From Alphaproteobacteria bacterium (GTDB taxonomy: Bacteria > Pseudomonadota > Alphaproteobacteria > JAAXGF01): a stretch of 64,000 nucleotides of DNA. Numbering within the stretch: the first letter of the stretch is position 1; the number at the start of each line of letters is the position of its first letter. Below, piece by piece: positions 55,713-64,000 of the stretch. Below the pieces are notes generated by a model that searched no databases, was not told the DNA's origin, and was given only the letters and a program-made list of their open reading frames with translations. The stretch lies in contig CAUVXB020000002.1 of assembly GCA_963555825.3 (NCBI GenBank), positions 1,056,001 to 1,120,000 of the forward strand, read 5' to 3'. The position numbers and the translations under genes are program-made.

Positions 55713-56498
55713 TCAAAACGACGACAGAAAGTCCTCGGCCAATCGGTTGACGCGGTCGGGGAACTCCCAGGCCGGGAAACCGCCGGCGTCGGCGATGGTC
55801 GCGCGCCTCACGCGCGGCAGCAGCGTTTCGAGACGGTCGGCGGTGTCGTTGAAGTCGTCGACGTCGTGTTCGCCGTTGTAGAGCAGCACGGGCACCTCGA
55901 GCGACGCCAAGCGTCCGTCGATCGGCGCGACTGGCGCAGCTTGGCCGGCGTCGAGCCAGGGCGCGCCGGAGAACGACGCGACGATCGCCCAATGGGCCGC
56001 CGCGCGGCATTCCTCGGGGCGTGAGCGCATGACGTCGAACCAATCCGCCTCGTCGAACCACTGCCGGCGCGCCTCGGCGACCCCCGCCGTCCTGGCGGTG
56101 TCGCGGGCGCGTGCGAGTTCGCGATCGACGCTCGGCATGGCGTGGCCGGGCAGCACCGCGCCTTCGAGGATCATCGAGCGGAAGCGGCCCGCTCGCTCGG
56201 TGGCGAGCAGCAGGCCGAGCGCGGTGCCGGTATGCGTCGCCCAGTAATGGCACGTCTCGACCCCGGCGTTGGCTATAGCGCCGGCGACATGGGCGGCAAG
56301 TTCGCTGTGCCCGAATGGCCCGGGCACGTCGCTCGAGAGGCCGTGGCCGGGCAGGTCCACCAAGAGGATGCGGTAACGCGCCTTGAACGCCGCGACCTGG
56401 GCCGAAAACACCCGATGGTCGCCCGACATGCCGTGGACCATGACCAGCCACAGCGCTCCGTCGCGCGCCTCGAGGACCGTCTTGTAGCGCGCTGCCAC
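55713..56498 (-). CDS. Alpha/beta hydrolase-fold protein
   Basis: VHGMSG, DLPGHG; atypical nucleophile elbow ATHTG. Confidence 0.8.
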   Translation of the reverse strand: MAARYKTVLEARDGALWLVMVHGMSGDHRVFSAQVAAFKARYRILLVDLPGHGLSSDVPGPFGHSELAAHVAGAIANAGVETCHYWATHTGTALGLLLATERAGRFRSMILEGAVLPGHAMPSVDRELARARDTARTAGVAEARRQWFDEADWFDVMRSRPEECRAAAHWAIVASFSGAPWLDAGQAAPVAPIDGRLASLEVPVLLYNGEHDVDDFNDTADRLETLLPRVRRATIADAGGFPAWEFPDRVNRLAEDFLSSF

Positions 56499-56835
56499 GC
56501 TATTCAATTACCCGTCCGGCGACGATGTCGGTCTAGACGATCAGGCATAGAATTCGTCGAGTGCCAATCGGTGACATGGGCTACTTCAGACCCCAAAGCC
56601 TTCGTCTGATCTCAGAGCACAACGGTTCCCATCCGGATCAGAGAACTCAGCGGTCGTTCCCCATTCGTAGTGGCTTACTTCGATGGTCACACCTTTGCTC
56701 CTCAACTCGGTGCAAACCGCATCGACGTTCGGCACATTGAAGCGAAACTTTGTTGGGCATTGGTCGATGGGTTTAACATTTGAGTGCGAATAACCGCCAG
56801 TCTCGATCATCAGGTAGACGCCGCCCAGTTCAAAG

Positions 56836-57590
56836 CTTGCCTATCCGGTTATCACCCACACCCACTATATGTAGTGTGTCTCCTTGGACTGCAGGCAAGG
56901 GCCGGCGCAGGCGCATTGAGGAGGCGATCCGGCTAATTCTTGATTGTTCTGAAAACCGAACCGGAGTTTAATTCACGTCACGTACTTAACATCGGGGGAC
57001 GGAACGGTGGCGACCAAGGGAAAAACGAAGAAACCCACGGCCAGACGGGAAGCTGCTGATGAAACGACATCGTCTGAGCGATTGACGGCACTAGTCGAAG
57101 AAAGCGACGCGCTGGCACGAATCGTTGCGAAGAACCCGTCCGCGCCTGTTAGTCTCCTGCGCGTTTTGAGTCGCAGCGAAGACGAAGCGACACGCAAGAA
57201 CGTGATCCTCAATCCGTTTACTCCATATGACGTATTGAGCGAACTTGAAAACCAGTTCACAGAGCTATTTGTGAATAATCCGGCACTCGAATCCTACAAT
57301 TCAATGAAGCTCTGATTTCCTGGAATATTCCATCGGTGTCGTTCACCTCCGATTTCAGATAAATTTCAATGAAGTGACGGTCCTTTATGCAACGTGGCGT
57401 TTTGCCAAATCCGACTCAATGATTAGGATTTCCACCACGCTAAAGTGTCGCCTAAAAGCCGCTACAATGCCGTCCGAGTCCCTGCTCGGCATCGCCGGAG
57501 ATATCTCCGCTTCGACCTGCACCGAGCTTTACTCAGGAAAATGGGTGCACACTACATATAGTGGGTGTGGGTGATAACCGGATAGGCAAG
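56836..57590. mobile_element. Non-autonomous transposon with perfect 43-bp TIRs and 8-bp TSD GTTCAAAG
   Basis: TIRs at 56836-56878 and 57548-57590; TSD at 56828-56835 and 57591-57598. Confidence 0.93.
57007..57315 (+). CDS. Passenger ORF with leucine-rich-variant (LRV)-like repeats
   Basis: VAKNPSAPVSLL..LS and VILNPFTPYDVL..L. Confidence 0.55.
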   Translation: MATKGKTKKPTARREAADETTSSERLTALVEESDALARIVAKNPSAPVSLLRVLSRSEDEATRKNVILNPFTPYDVLSELENQFTELFVNNPALESYNSMKL

Positions 57591-57750
57591 GTTCAAAGCA
57601 CGTTAATTGCTCGCCAGGTCGATTTATCTCGAAGAGGAGATCCAATCCGAGAATGTCGCCGTAGAAATTTACGCATTCTGGATATTTCTCGGTGTAAAGA
57701 ATGAGTCCAGCCTTGGAGAAATCCATGAGTCTACTCCGGGTATCCTCGGA

Positions 57751-57802
57751 CAAGTGAATACTTGATAAAATATGCGAGGCTTTTTAGTCAAGTGAAAACT
57801 TG
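57751..57802. promoter_or_regulatory. Tandem palindromic operators CAAGT-N4-ACTTG
   Basis: caagtgaatacttg (57751-57764) and caagtgaaaacttg (57789-57802) upstream of the glyoxalase gene. Confidence 0.55.
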
Positions 57803-57979
57803 GTATATTATGATGACACGGGCAACCGACGTTAAGACGGCTGGATGAAGTGCTAACCAGCGCTCATATGACGGAGTGCGAATAATTTCAGTGCGTTAGT
57901 ATTGCCGTATGCGGAAAGGATGTTCCCCCTAGGCGCAAAATCCATCCATCTGTCGGCAATTGGCGCACGCGCTGCCACG

Positions 57980-58903
57980 CTAACCAATCACCCGTCCGGC
58001 GACGATGGCGGCGAAGACGATCAGGCCGAGCCATTTGTTCGACTTGAATTTAGCCAGGCAGTCGGCCGGCGCGTCGATGTCGACCCGCGCCGCCTGCCAG
58101 GCGAGCTGGGCGGCGGCCAGGCCGAGGCCGATATAGAACGGCCAGGCGAGACCGGCCAACCAGCCGGCGACGCCGATCAGGGCGGCGGCGGCGCAATAAA
58201 AGGCGTAGAGCCAGGGCCGGGTCGCCTCGCCCAGCCTGCGGGCCGAGGACTTGACGCCGATCAGCGCGTCGTCCTCTTTGTCCTGATGCGCATAGATCGT
58301 GTCGTAGCCGAGCGTCCAGGCGATGCCCGCGGCGTAGAGCGCGATTGGCGGCGCATCGACGGTCCCGGTCACCGCCGCCCAGCCCACCAGCGCGCCCCAG
58401 TTGAAGGTCAGGCCGAGCCACGCCTGGGGCCACCAGGTGATGCGCTTCATGAAGGGATAGAAGCCGATCAGCGGCAGCGAGGCGATGCCGAGCCAGATCG
58501 CCACGGTGCCGAGCTGGACCAGGATGGCGAAGCCAATCGCGAGCAGAACGCCGAGCAAGACGAGGGCCTGGGTGAGCGAGACGTCGCCGCTCGGCAGCGG
58601 CCGTGTCGCGGTGCGCGCGACGCGGCCGTCGATGTCGCGGTCGGCGATGTCGTTGACCGTGCAGCCGGCGCCGCGCATGACCAGCGCGCCGACCGCGAAC
58701 AACGCCATGAGCCACGGGTCCGGCCAGCCGGGCGCGGCGAGCGCCAGGCTCCACCAGCACGGCCACAACAGCAGCCAGGTGCCGATCGGCCGGTCGAGCC
58801 GCATGAGCCGGGCATAGGGCCGTACCGGCGCCGGCGCGTAACGGTCGAGCCAGCCGCCGACCGCGATGTCGGTGCGCGCTGCTGCCTGGGCGATCTTGGG
58901 CAT
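57980..58903 (-). CDS. ubiA: 4-hydroxybenzoate polyprenyltransferase
   Basis: RLDRPIG, NDIADRDID, YDTIYAHQDKEDD. Confidence 0.95.
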   Translation of the reverse strand: MPKIAQAAARTDIAVGGWLDRYAPAPVRPYARLMRLDRPIGTWLLLWPCWWSLALAAPGWPDPWLMALFAVGALVMRGAGCTVNDIADRDIDGRVARTATRPLPSGDVSLTQALVLLGVLLAIGFAILVQLGTVAIWLGIASLPLIGFYPFMKRITWWPQAWLGLTFNWGALVGWAAVTGTVDAPPIALYAAGIAWTLGYDTIYAHQDKEDDALIGVKSSARRLGEATRPWLYAFYCAAAALIGVAGWLAGLAWPFYIGLGLAAAQLAWQAARVDIDAPADCLAKFKSNKWLGLIVFAAIVAGRVIG

Positions 58904-58916
58904 GGTAGGCTCCACT

Positions 58917-59675
58917 ATGCGAGACGTTCCGCCACGCCGTCAACGCGCGCCCCGCCTGTTCGTCGACGCGCCGCTCGCCGCCGGGGCGGCGCTCGCGCTC
59001 GCGCCGCCACAGGCGCATTACGTGACCCGGGTGATGCGCCGCAAGCCGGGCGATGCACTCATGCTGTTCAACGGTCGCGACGGCGAATGGCGCGCCGAGA
59101 TCGAGGCGGCGCGCAAGGGCTGCGCGGTGAACGTCGTCGAATGCAGCCGCGCGCAGGCCGCCGGCCCCGACGTCTGGCTCGTCTTCGCAGCCGTCAAGCG
59201 CGCGCCGATCGACCTGATCGCCACCAAGGCGACCGAGCTCGGCGTTGCCGCCCTGTGCCCCGTCACCACACGGCACACCGCGGTCGGCCGCGTCAACCTC
59301 GACCGATTGCGCGCCAACGCGGTCGAGGCGGCCGAGCAGTGCGGCCGCCTGGATGTGCCCGATTGCCGCGCCCCAGCCGCGTTCGACGACCTGATCGCCG
59401 GCTGGCCGGAAGGGCGCCGTGCCCTCGTGTGCGACGAGACCGGCGGCGGCGCGCCAATCGCCCAGGCGCTCGCCGAGGCCGCGCGCGAGCCCGCGACGCC
59501 CTGGGCGATCGTTTCCGGACCCGAAGGCGGTTTCGCCGACGATGAAATCCGCGCGCTCACCGCGTTGCCGGGCGCGCTTCGCGTCGGCCTCGGCCCGCGC
59601 ATTCTGCGCGCCGAAACCGCGGCGCTCGCCGCCCTCGCCTGCTGGCAGGCTGCGCTCGGCGATTGGTCCGCCTAA
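58917..59675 (+). CDS. rsmE: 16S rRNA m3U1498 methyltransferase
   Basis: KATELG, EAAEQC, GPEGG, ILRAETA. Confidence 0.95.
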   Translation: MRDVPPRRQRAPRLFVDAPLAAGAALALAPPQAHYVTRVMRRKPGDALMLFNGRDGEWRAEIEAARKGCAVNVVECSRAQAAGPDVWLVFAAVKRAPIDLIATKATELGVAALCPVTTRHTAVGRVNLDRLRANAVEAAEQCGRLDVPDCRAPAAFDDLIAGWPEGRRALVCDETGGGAPIAQALAEAAREPATPWAIVSGPEGGFADDEIRALTALPGALRVGLGPRILRAETAALAALACWQAALGDWSA

Positions 59676-59837
59676 CGTGTCGCCGCGTCTATTAAACATA
59701 AGCAGTATATATTTAATTCGCTCAATGGCCTTCGTCGGGGCGCTCCGGCTTGGACGCGACACGTCCAATCGGCAAGAAAATATATACTGCTTACAATTAT
59801 CAGGGTGGCTGCTGCGCTCGGCGACTGGCGCGATTGA

Positions 59838-60308
59838 CTACAGATCGAATTCCAACCGGGGGCCGATCTCGGTGAAGCCATAGCGCTTGTAGAAGTCGAC
59901 CGTGCGCTGCCAGCGCGGCAGATCGGGCGCGCCGACTTCGATCATGCGCTAGCCGCGCGCGCGGCCGAACGCGGCGGCGGCGTCGGTCAGCTTGGCGGCG
60001 ACCCCGGCCGAGCGATGGTCGGGCCGGACGTAGAGCTCGGAGATCTCGCCGAATCGGCCACGCGCGTAGATCGCGGCGCATTCATTCAGCGTCAGCACGC
60101 CGATCGCCCGGCCGTCCCGGGTTTCCGCCAGATACGCCCAAACGTCGTCGCCGCCCAGCAGCCCGGCGGCGACCGGCATGAGCTCGTCGACGGTCAGGGT
60201 CCCGGCATAGGAGGGCACCAGCTCGAGCAGCAATTCGAACACCAGCGTGGCCACCGTCGCGGCATCCTCGGGCGTCGCCTGGCGGACGGCGATGTCGGGC
60301 GTGGTCAT
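59838..60308 (-). pseudogene. GNAT acetyltransferase with an in-frame TAG at 59949
   Basis: ELYVRPDHRSAGVA...RARG*RMIEV...FYKRYGF. Confidence 0.8.
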
Positions 60309-60319
60309 CGCCGGCCTCC

Positions 60320-61663
60320 TCAATACGGCCCCGGGACGATCTCGCTGCCGTCGAAGAAGCGCGCCGGGCGGAAGCGGGCGAGGTCGTGGCCGACTGGGCG
60401 GCCGGTCAGCAGGTCGGCCATGACGCGGCCGATCGCCGGGCCGATGCCGAAGCCGTGGCCGCTCAGGCCGGTCGCGTGGTAGAGCCCCGGCAAACCGGGT
60501 TCCTCGCCGAGGGTGGGCACCGCGTCGGGCGTCACGTCGATCATGCCGGCCCAGGCCTCGGCGAGCTTGACGCCGGCCAGCGCGGGAAAGCGCCGGGGCA
60601 GGCGGTCGACGATGCGCTTGACGACGAGCGGCGAAGGCGCCGGGTCGAGCACGCGCATGCGCTCGAACGGGCTCACGGCATCGGCCGACCAGCGGCGCGG
60701 CGTGCCCCAGGCGCCGGGATAGCCCTTGGGCGCGGCTGGGTGCAGATGCACGTCCTTGTCCGACGTCCTCATGACCTTGAGGAACTTGACGAAGTATTTG
60801 AACGAGTCGGGCGACAGATAGTGGTCGGCTCCGTCGCCGGTGGCGACCGTGTAGCCGCCGTCGGCCCGGCGCCGCAGCGCGAGGCCGGGGGTCGAGAGGT
60901 TGTTCTCGTAAGGCGCCGCCGGCGCCGGCTCGGTGCGCGCCGCGGTCGAGCGGACCGCGAGCTGCGGCAGGTCGACGCCGGCGTTGGCCGCGAAATGGCT
61001 CGACCAGACGCCGGCGGCAAGCAGCACGCGGTCGCAGCGCACCCGGCCCCGCTCGGTCACGACGCCGGCGACGCGGCCCGCGGAGACGTCGAGCGCGCGG
61101 ACCGCGCAGTCTTCGATGACGATGGCGCCCGACCCGCGCGCCGCCCGGGCGAGCGCCGGCACCGCGACCGATGGCTCGGCGCGGCCGTCGGTCGCGGTCA
61201 CCATGGCGGCGATCCAATCGCCGCCGAGACCGGGGAAGCGCGCCGCGACCTCTTCCTTGGTGAGCATCGCGGTGTCGAGCTGGTGCTGTTTGGCGAGCTC
61301 GTGCCAGCCCTCGTGTTTGCCGAGCTGCGCTTGGTCGTCGATCAGATAGATGCAGCCTGAGGCTGTGAAGGCGAGAACGGCCTCGCCGGTCTCGGCCGCC
61401 AGGCCGCGCCAGATACGGTTGGCCTCCATCATGATCGGCAGCTCGGCCCGGTCGCGGCCCTGCTGGCGCACCCAGCCCCAGTTGCGGCTCGACTGCTCGC
61501 CGGCCACGCGGCCCTTCTCGCAGAGCAGGACCTTGGTCCCGTGGCGCGCCAGGAAATAGGCGGTCGCGGTGCCGGCGATGCCGGCGCCGACGATAGCGAC
61601 GTCGACTGCCTCGGGCAGCGCGTCGGCGAAGGCGATGGGTGAGCGCTCGGTGATCGTCGGCAT
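60320..61663 (-). CDS. FAD-dependent oxidoreductase (DadA/DAO family)
   Basis: GAGIAG, QSSRNWG, SGHGFGIGP. Confidence 0.9.
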   Translation of the reverse strand: MPTITERSPIAFADALPEAVDVAIVGAGIAGTATAYFLARHGTKVLLCEKGRVAGEQSSRNWGWVRQQGRDRAELPIMMEANRIWRGLAAETGEAVLAFTASGCIYLIDDQAQLGKHEGWHELAKQHQLDTAMLTKEEVAARFPGLGGDWIAAMVTATDGRAEPSVAVPALARAARGSGAIVIEDCAVRALDVSAGRVAGVVTERGRVRCDRVLLAAGVWSSHFAANAGVDLPQLAVRSTAARTEPAPAAPYENNLSTPGLALRRRADGGYTVATGDGADHYLSPDSFKYFVKFLKVMRTSDKDVHLHPAAPKGYPGAWGTPRRWSADAVSPFERMRVLDPAPSPLVVKRIVDRLPRRFPALAGVKLAEAWAGMIDVTPDAVPTLGEEPGLPGLYHATGLSGHGFGIGPAIGRVMADLLTGRPVGHDLARFRPARFFDGSEIVPGPY

Positions 61664-61952
61664 GCGGCCGTCTCGCGCCTTTCGGGAAGCTGACTGGGGT
61701 TGGGGTGTACCGCCGCCCGGGTCGGGCGGTCAACCTTCGCCGGTCTCGACGACGCCGTCGGCGGCCGGCCGGTTGACCTCGCCGGCGCCGTAACCGAACG
61801 AGCGTCTTCGGATACCGGATTGCACCCTGGCCGGATCTCCGACGCACCGAGCGCCCCATCCCAAGACCCCGTGTAAGTTGTAGAATAAGAATTTAAATGA
61901 AACTACGGTCGTGCTACCGTCTTGGGCGCTTGGGAGGAATCATCTGGGAAAT

Positions 61953-62004
61953 CCCGGAGAAAGCCTCTCGCGCGAAGACCCGGAGAAAGCCTCTCGCGCG
62001 AAGA
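61953..62004 (+). repeat. 26-bp perfect tandem duplication
   Basis: cccggagaaagcctctcgcgcgaaga twice, directly before the RBS of the next gene. Confidence 0.9.
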
Positions 62005-62017
62005 AAGGGGTATCGAC

Positions 62018-62917
62018 ATGAACGCAATCACATCAGGAATCTATGGCGGCGGGCCATTCTATTCGGGTGGATGCGCCGTCATCGACGATCTGAAAGGCTC
62101 GGGATATACCACGGTGGTCGCCTGGGCCGTCCATGTTAAAGCGTCGGGCGACCTCGTCTTCAATGACCCGACCATTGTCAGCCGCGGCCAGTACGTCGGC
62201 GATTCTGCCTGGCCGGGGCTCCTTGCGGCGCTCAAGCAGGGCGCCACGTCCGTGAACCGGCTTCTGATTTCCATCGGTGGGTGGGAAGTCGGGGACTTTC
62301 CCAACGTCAAAGCCCTGATTTTCCCCAACCCGGGCAATTATCCCGACAATCCTCAAATAGGTTCAAACACCATACTCTATCAGAACTTCCAGGCGCTGAA
62401 GAACGCCATCCCGACCATCGATGGCGTCGACTTCGACGACGAGACGCTCTACGACCAGCCAACCACCGTCGCGTTCAGCCAAATGCTGAACACGCTTGGT
62501 TACCAAGTGACATTCTGCCCGTACACCAACGTTTCCTTCTGGGTCGATTGCCTTTACCAACTCAACACCGCGACGCCAAACCTTGTAACCGGCTTCAACC
62601 TCCAGTGCTATGCCGGTGGAGCGGGGAATGATCCTCAGCATTGGATCACGGCCATTCAGGAAAAAATGGTCAGCGGTTTCGATGCCAAAGGGTTCGTCTA
62701 TCCGGGCCTCTGGTGCATCCATAACGGCTGCGATTCCGGCGACTGCCCCGACAGAATCTCCAGTCAGTTCAGCTCTTGGCGGCCCGACGGCATCCAAGGC
62801 GGGTGGATCTGGCTGTACGACGACATTCAGAAATGCGAGGACTCGGCAGCCTGTGGTTCGGGTGTCTCAATGAACGCCGCCGCTTACGCCAGCGCGATCG
62901 TGACCGGTCTAGGGTAA
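62018..62917 (+). CDS. GH18-like glycoside hydrolase
   Basis: ISIGGW and DGVDFDDE (DxxDxDxE); lower GC. Confidence 0.7.
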   Translation: MNAITSGIYGGGPFYSGGCAVIDDLKGSGYTTVVAWAVHVKASGDLVFNDPTIVSRGQYVGDSAWPGLLAALKQGATSVNRLLISIGGWEVGDFPNVKALIFPNPGNYPDNPQIGSNTILYQNFQALKNAIPTIDGVDFDDETLYDQPTTVAFSQMLNTLGYQVTFCPYTNVSFWVDCLYQLNTATPNLVTGFNLQCYAGGAGNDPQHWITAIQEKMVSGFDAKGFVYPGLWCIHNGCDSGDCPDRISSQFSSWRPDGIQGGWIWLYDDIQKCEDSAACGSGVSMNAAAYASAIVTGLG

Positions 62918-63027
62918 ACGATCACATTGCCAGCGGCGCCGAACCAGTCGTTGCACCCGACCGGAGTTAGCGGTCGGAAGTGGTCCTGAAATCAACGTAA
63001 CTTGCCGCGCCTTTCCGGTCGCCGGCT

Positions 63028-64000
63028 TCAGCCTTCGCCGGTCTCGACGACGCCGGCGGAAACCAGGCGGTCGACGTCCTCGGACGCGTATCCCAACAGG
63101 CCCTCGAGGATCTCGCGGCTGTGCTGGCCCAGGTTCGGCGCCGGGTTGGCTGGCAGCTCGGGTGCCGCCGACATATGCGGCGCCGAGCGCGCGAAGCCGA
63201 AGCTGCCGAATTCGGGATCCTCGATCGGCATGATCATGCCGCGTGCCGCCACGTGCGGGTCGGCGAAGACGTCTTCGGCGTTGTAGATCGGGCCGCAGGG
63301 GATGCCTTGGGCGTTCAGCGTCTCGACCGCCTCGTCGCGGCTCAGCGTGCCGAGCCAGTCCTTGATGACCGGTTGCAGAAACTCGACGTTGGCCGAACGC
63401 GCGGTGCCCGAATCGGCGCGTTGGTCCTCGATCAGGTCGTCGCGCCCCATGGCGGTGCACAGCCGCGCCCAGATGATGTTGTCGGGGATGTTGATGGCGA
63501 TATAGCCGTCTTTGGCCCGGTAGGCGCCGCGCGGCCACAGGTTGCGCGGCTTGCCGCGTTCCGGGCTCTGGCCGGCGACCGAATAGAGCGCAATCATGCT
63601 TTCGTTGAGCGCCAGCATGTTGTCGAACATGGCGGAGTCGACCAATTGGCCCTGGCCGGTGCGTTCACGCATGAACAGCGCCTGCATGATGCCGTAGGCG
63701 GTGACCTGGCCCGAATAGATGTCGGCCATGCCGTAGATCGTCCAGGACGGCGGCTTGTCGGCGAAGCCGACCAGATTCATGATGCCGCTCATCGCCTCGG
63801 CGACGATGTCGAAGGCGGGCCGGTCGCTGTACGGGCCGCGGTAGCCCTCGAGCCGGCCGAAGCCCGAGATGATCGACCAGATCAGGCGCGGGTGCTTGGC
63901 GCGCATCTCCTTCTGGCCAAGGCCCATACGCGTCATCGAGCCGGGCCTCAGGTTCTCGACGACGACGTCGGCGGTGGCGGCCAGCCGGCGGAACACCTCC
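63028..64000 (-). CDS. CaiB/BaiF CoA-transferase (family III), partial
   Basis: ADVVVENLRPG, ISGFG, PAFDIVAEAMSG, APNLGQHS. Confidence 0.92.
   Translation of the reverse strand, partial: EVFRRLAATADVVVENLRPGSMTRMGLGQKEMRAKHPRLIWSIISGFGRLEGYRGPYSDRPAFDIVAEAMSGIMNLVGFADKPPSWTIYGMADIYSGQVTAYGIMQALFMRERTGQGQLVDSAMFDNMLALNESMIALYSVAGQSPERGKPRNLWPRGAYRAKDGYIAINIPDNIIWARLCTAMGRDDLIEDQRADSGTARSANVEFLQPVIKDWLGTLSRDEAVETLNAQGIPCGPIYNAEDVFADPHVAARGMIMPIEDPEFGSFGFARSAPHMSAAPELPANPAPNLGQHSREILEGLLGYASEDVDRLVSAGVVETGEG

Larger units (their letters stand above)
56586..57726 (-). pseudogene. Glyoxalase/VOC gene split by the 755-bp TIR element
   Basis: Removing the element and one TSD restores ...QLTCFE|LGGVYLMIETGG...FSDPDGN. 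Confidence 0.88.

Noticed and set aside
54107-59951. Stop-codon recoding explaining the in-frame TAG/TGA
   Set aside because: Intact genes here end normally in TAG (lspA, purD, ubiA) and TGA, so point mutation or sequencing error is simpler.

Overview
GC-rich alphaproteobacterial (Rhodospirillales-like) chromosome segment. The core backbone is: livG-like ATPase and acyl-CoA ligase, an M16 peptidase pair, lspA-ileS-ribF, maoC, tadA, purD/xseA, lpxL-lpxK-waaA-DUF374-msbA, cysQ-pmbA, ubiD, nfeD/SPFH, ubiA/rsmE and a caiB-like CoA transferase. Mobile DNA is dense: an IS110/IS1111 element with a recognisable bridge/seek-RNA end, two IS630 types (two copies each plus a remnant), two IS256 copies, one IS1182, several transposase-less TIR elements and a four-copy structured intergenic repeat. 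Several genes are interrupted or carry premature stops. The most striking pattern is three independent, integrase-less, short lower-GC cargo insertions, each bounded by a diverged 60-70 bp duplicate of the 3' end of the upstream core gene (ubiD, ubiA, caiB-like). A 755-bp element with perfect 43-bp TIRs containing NrdR-box-like palindromes also stands out. All calls come from reading the sequence by eye; no database search was run.
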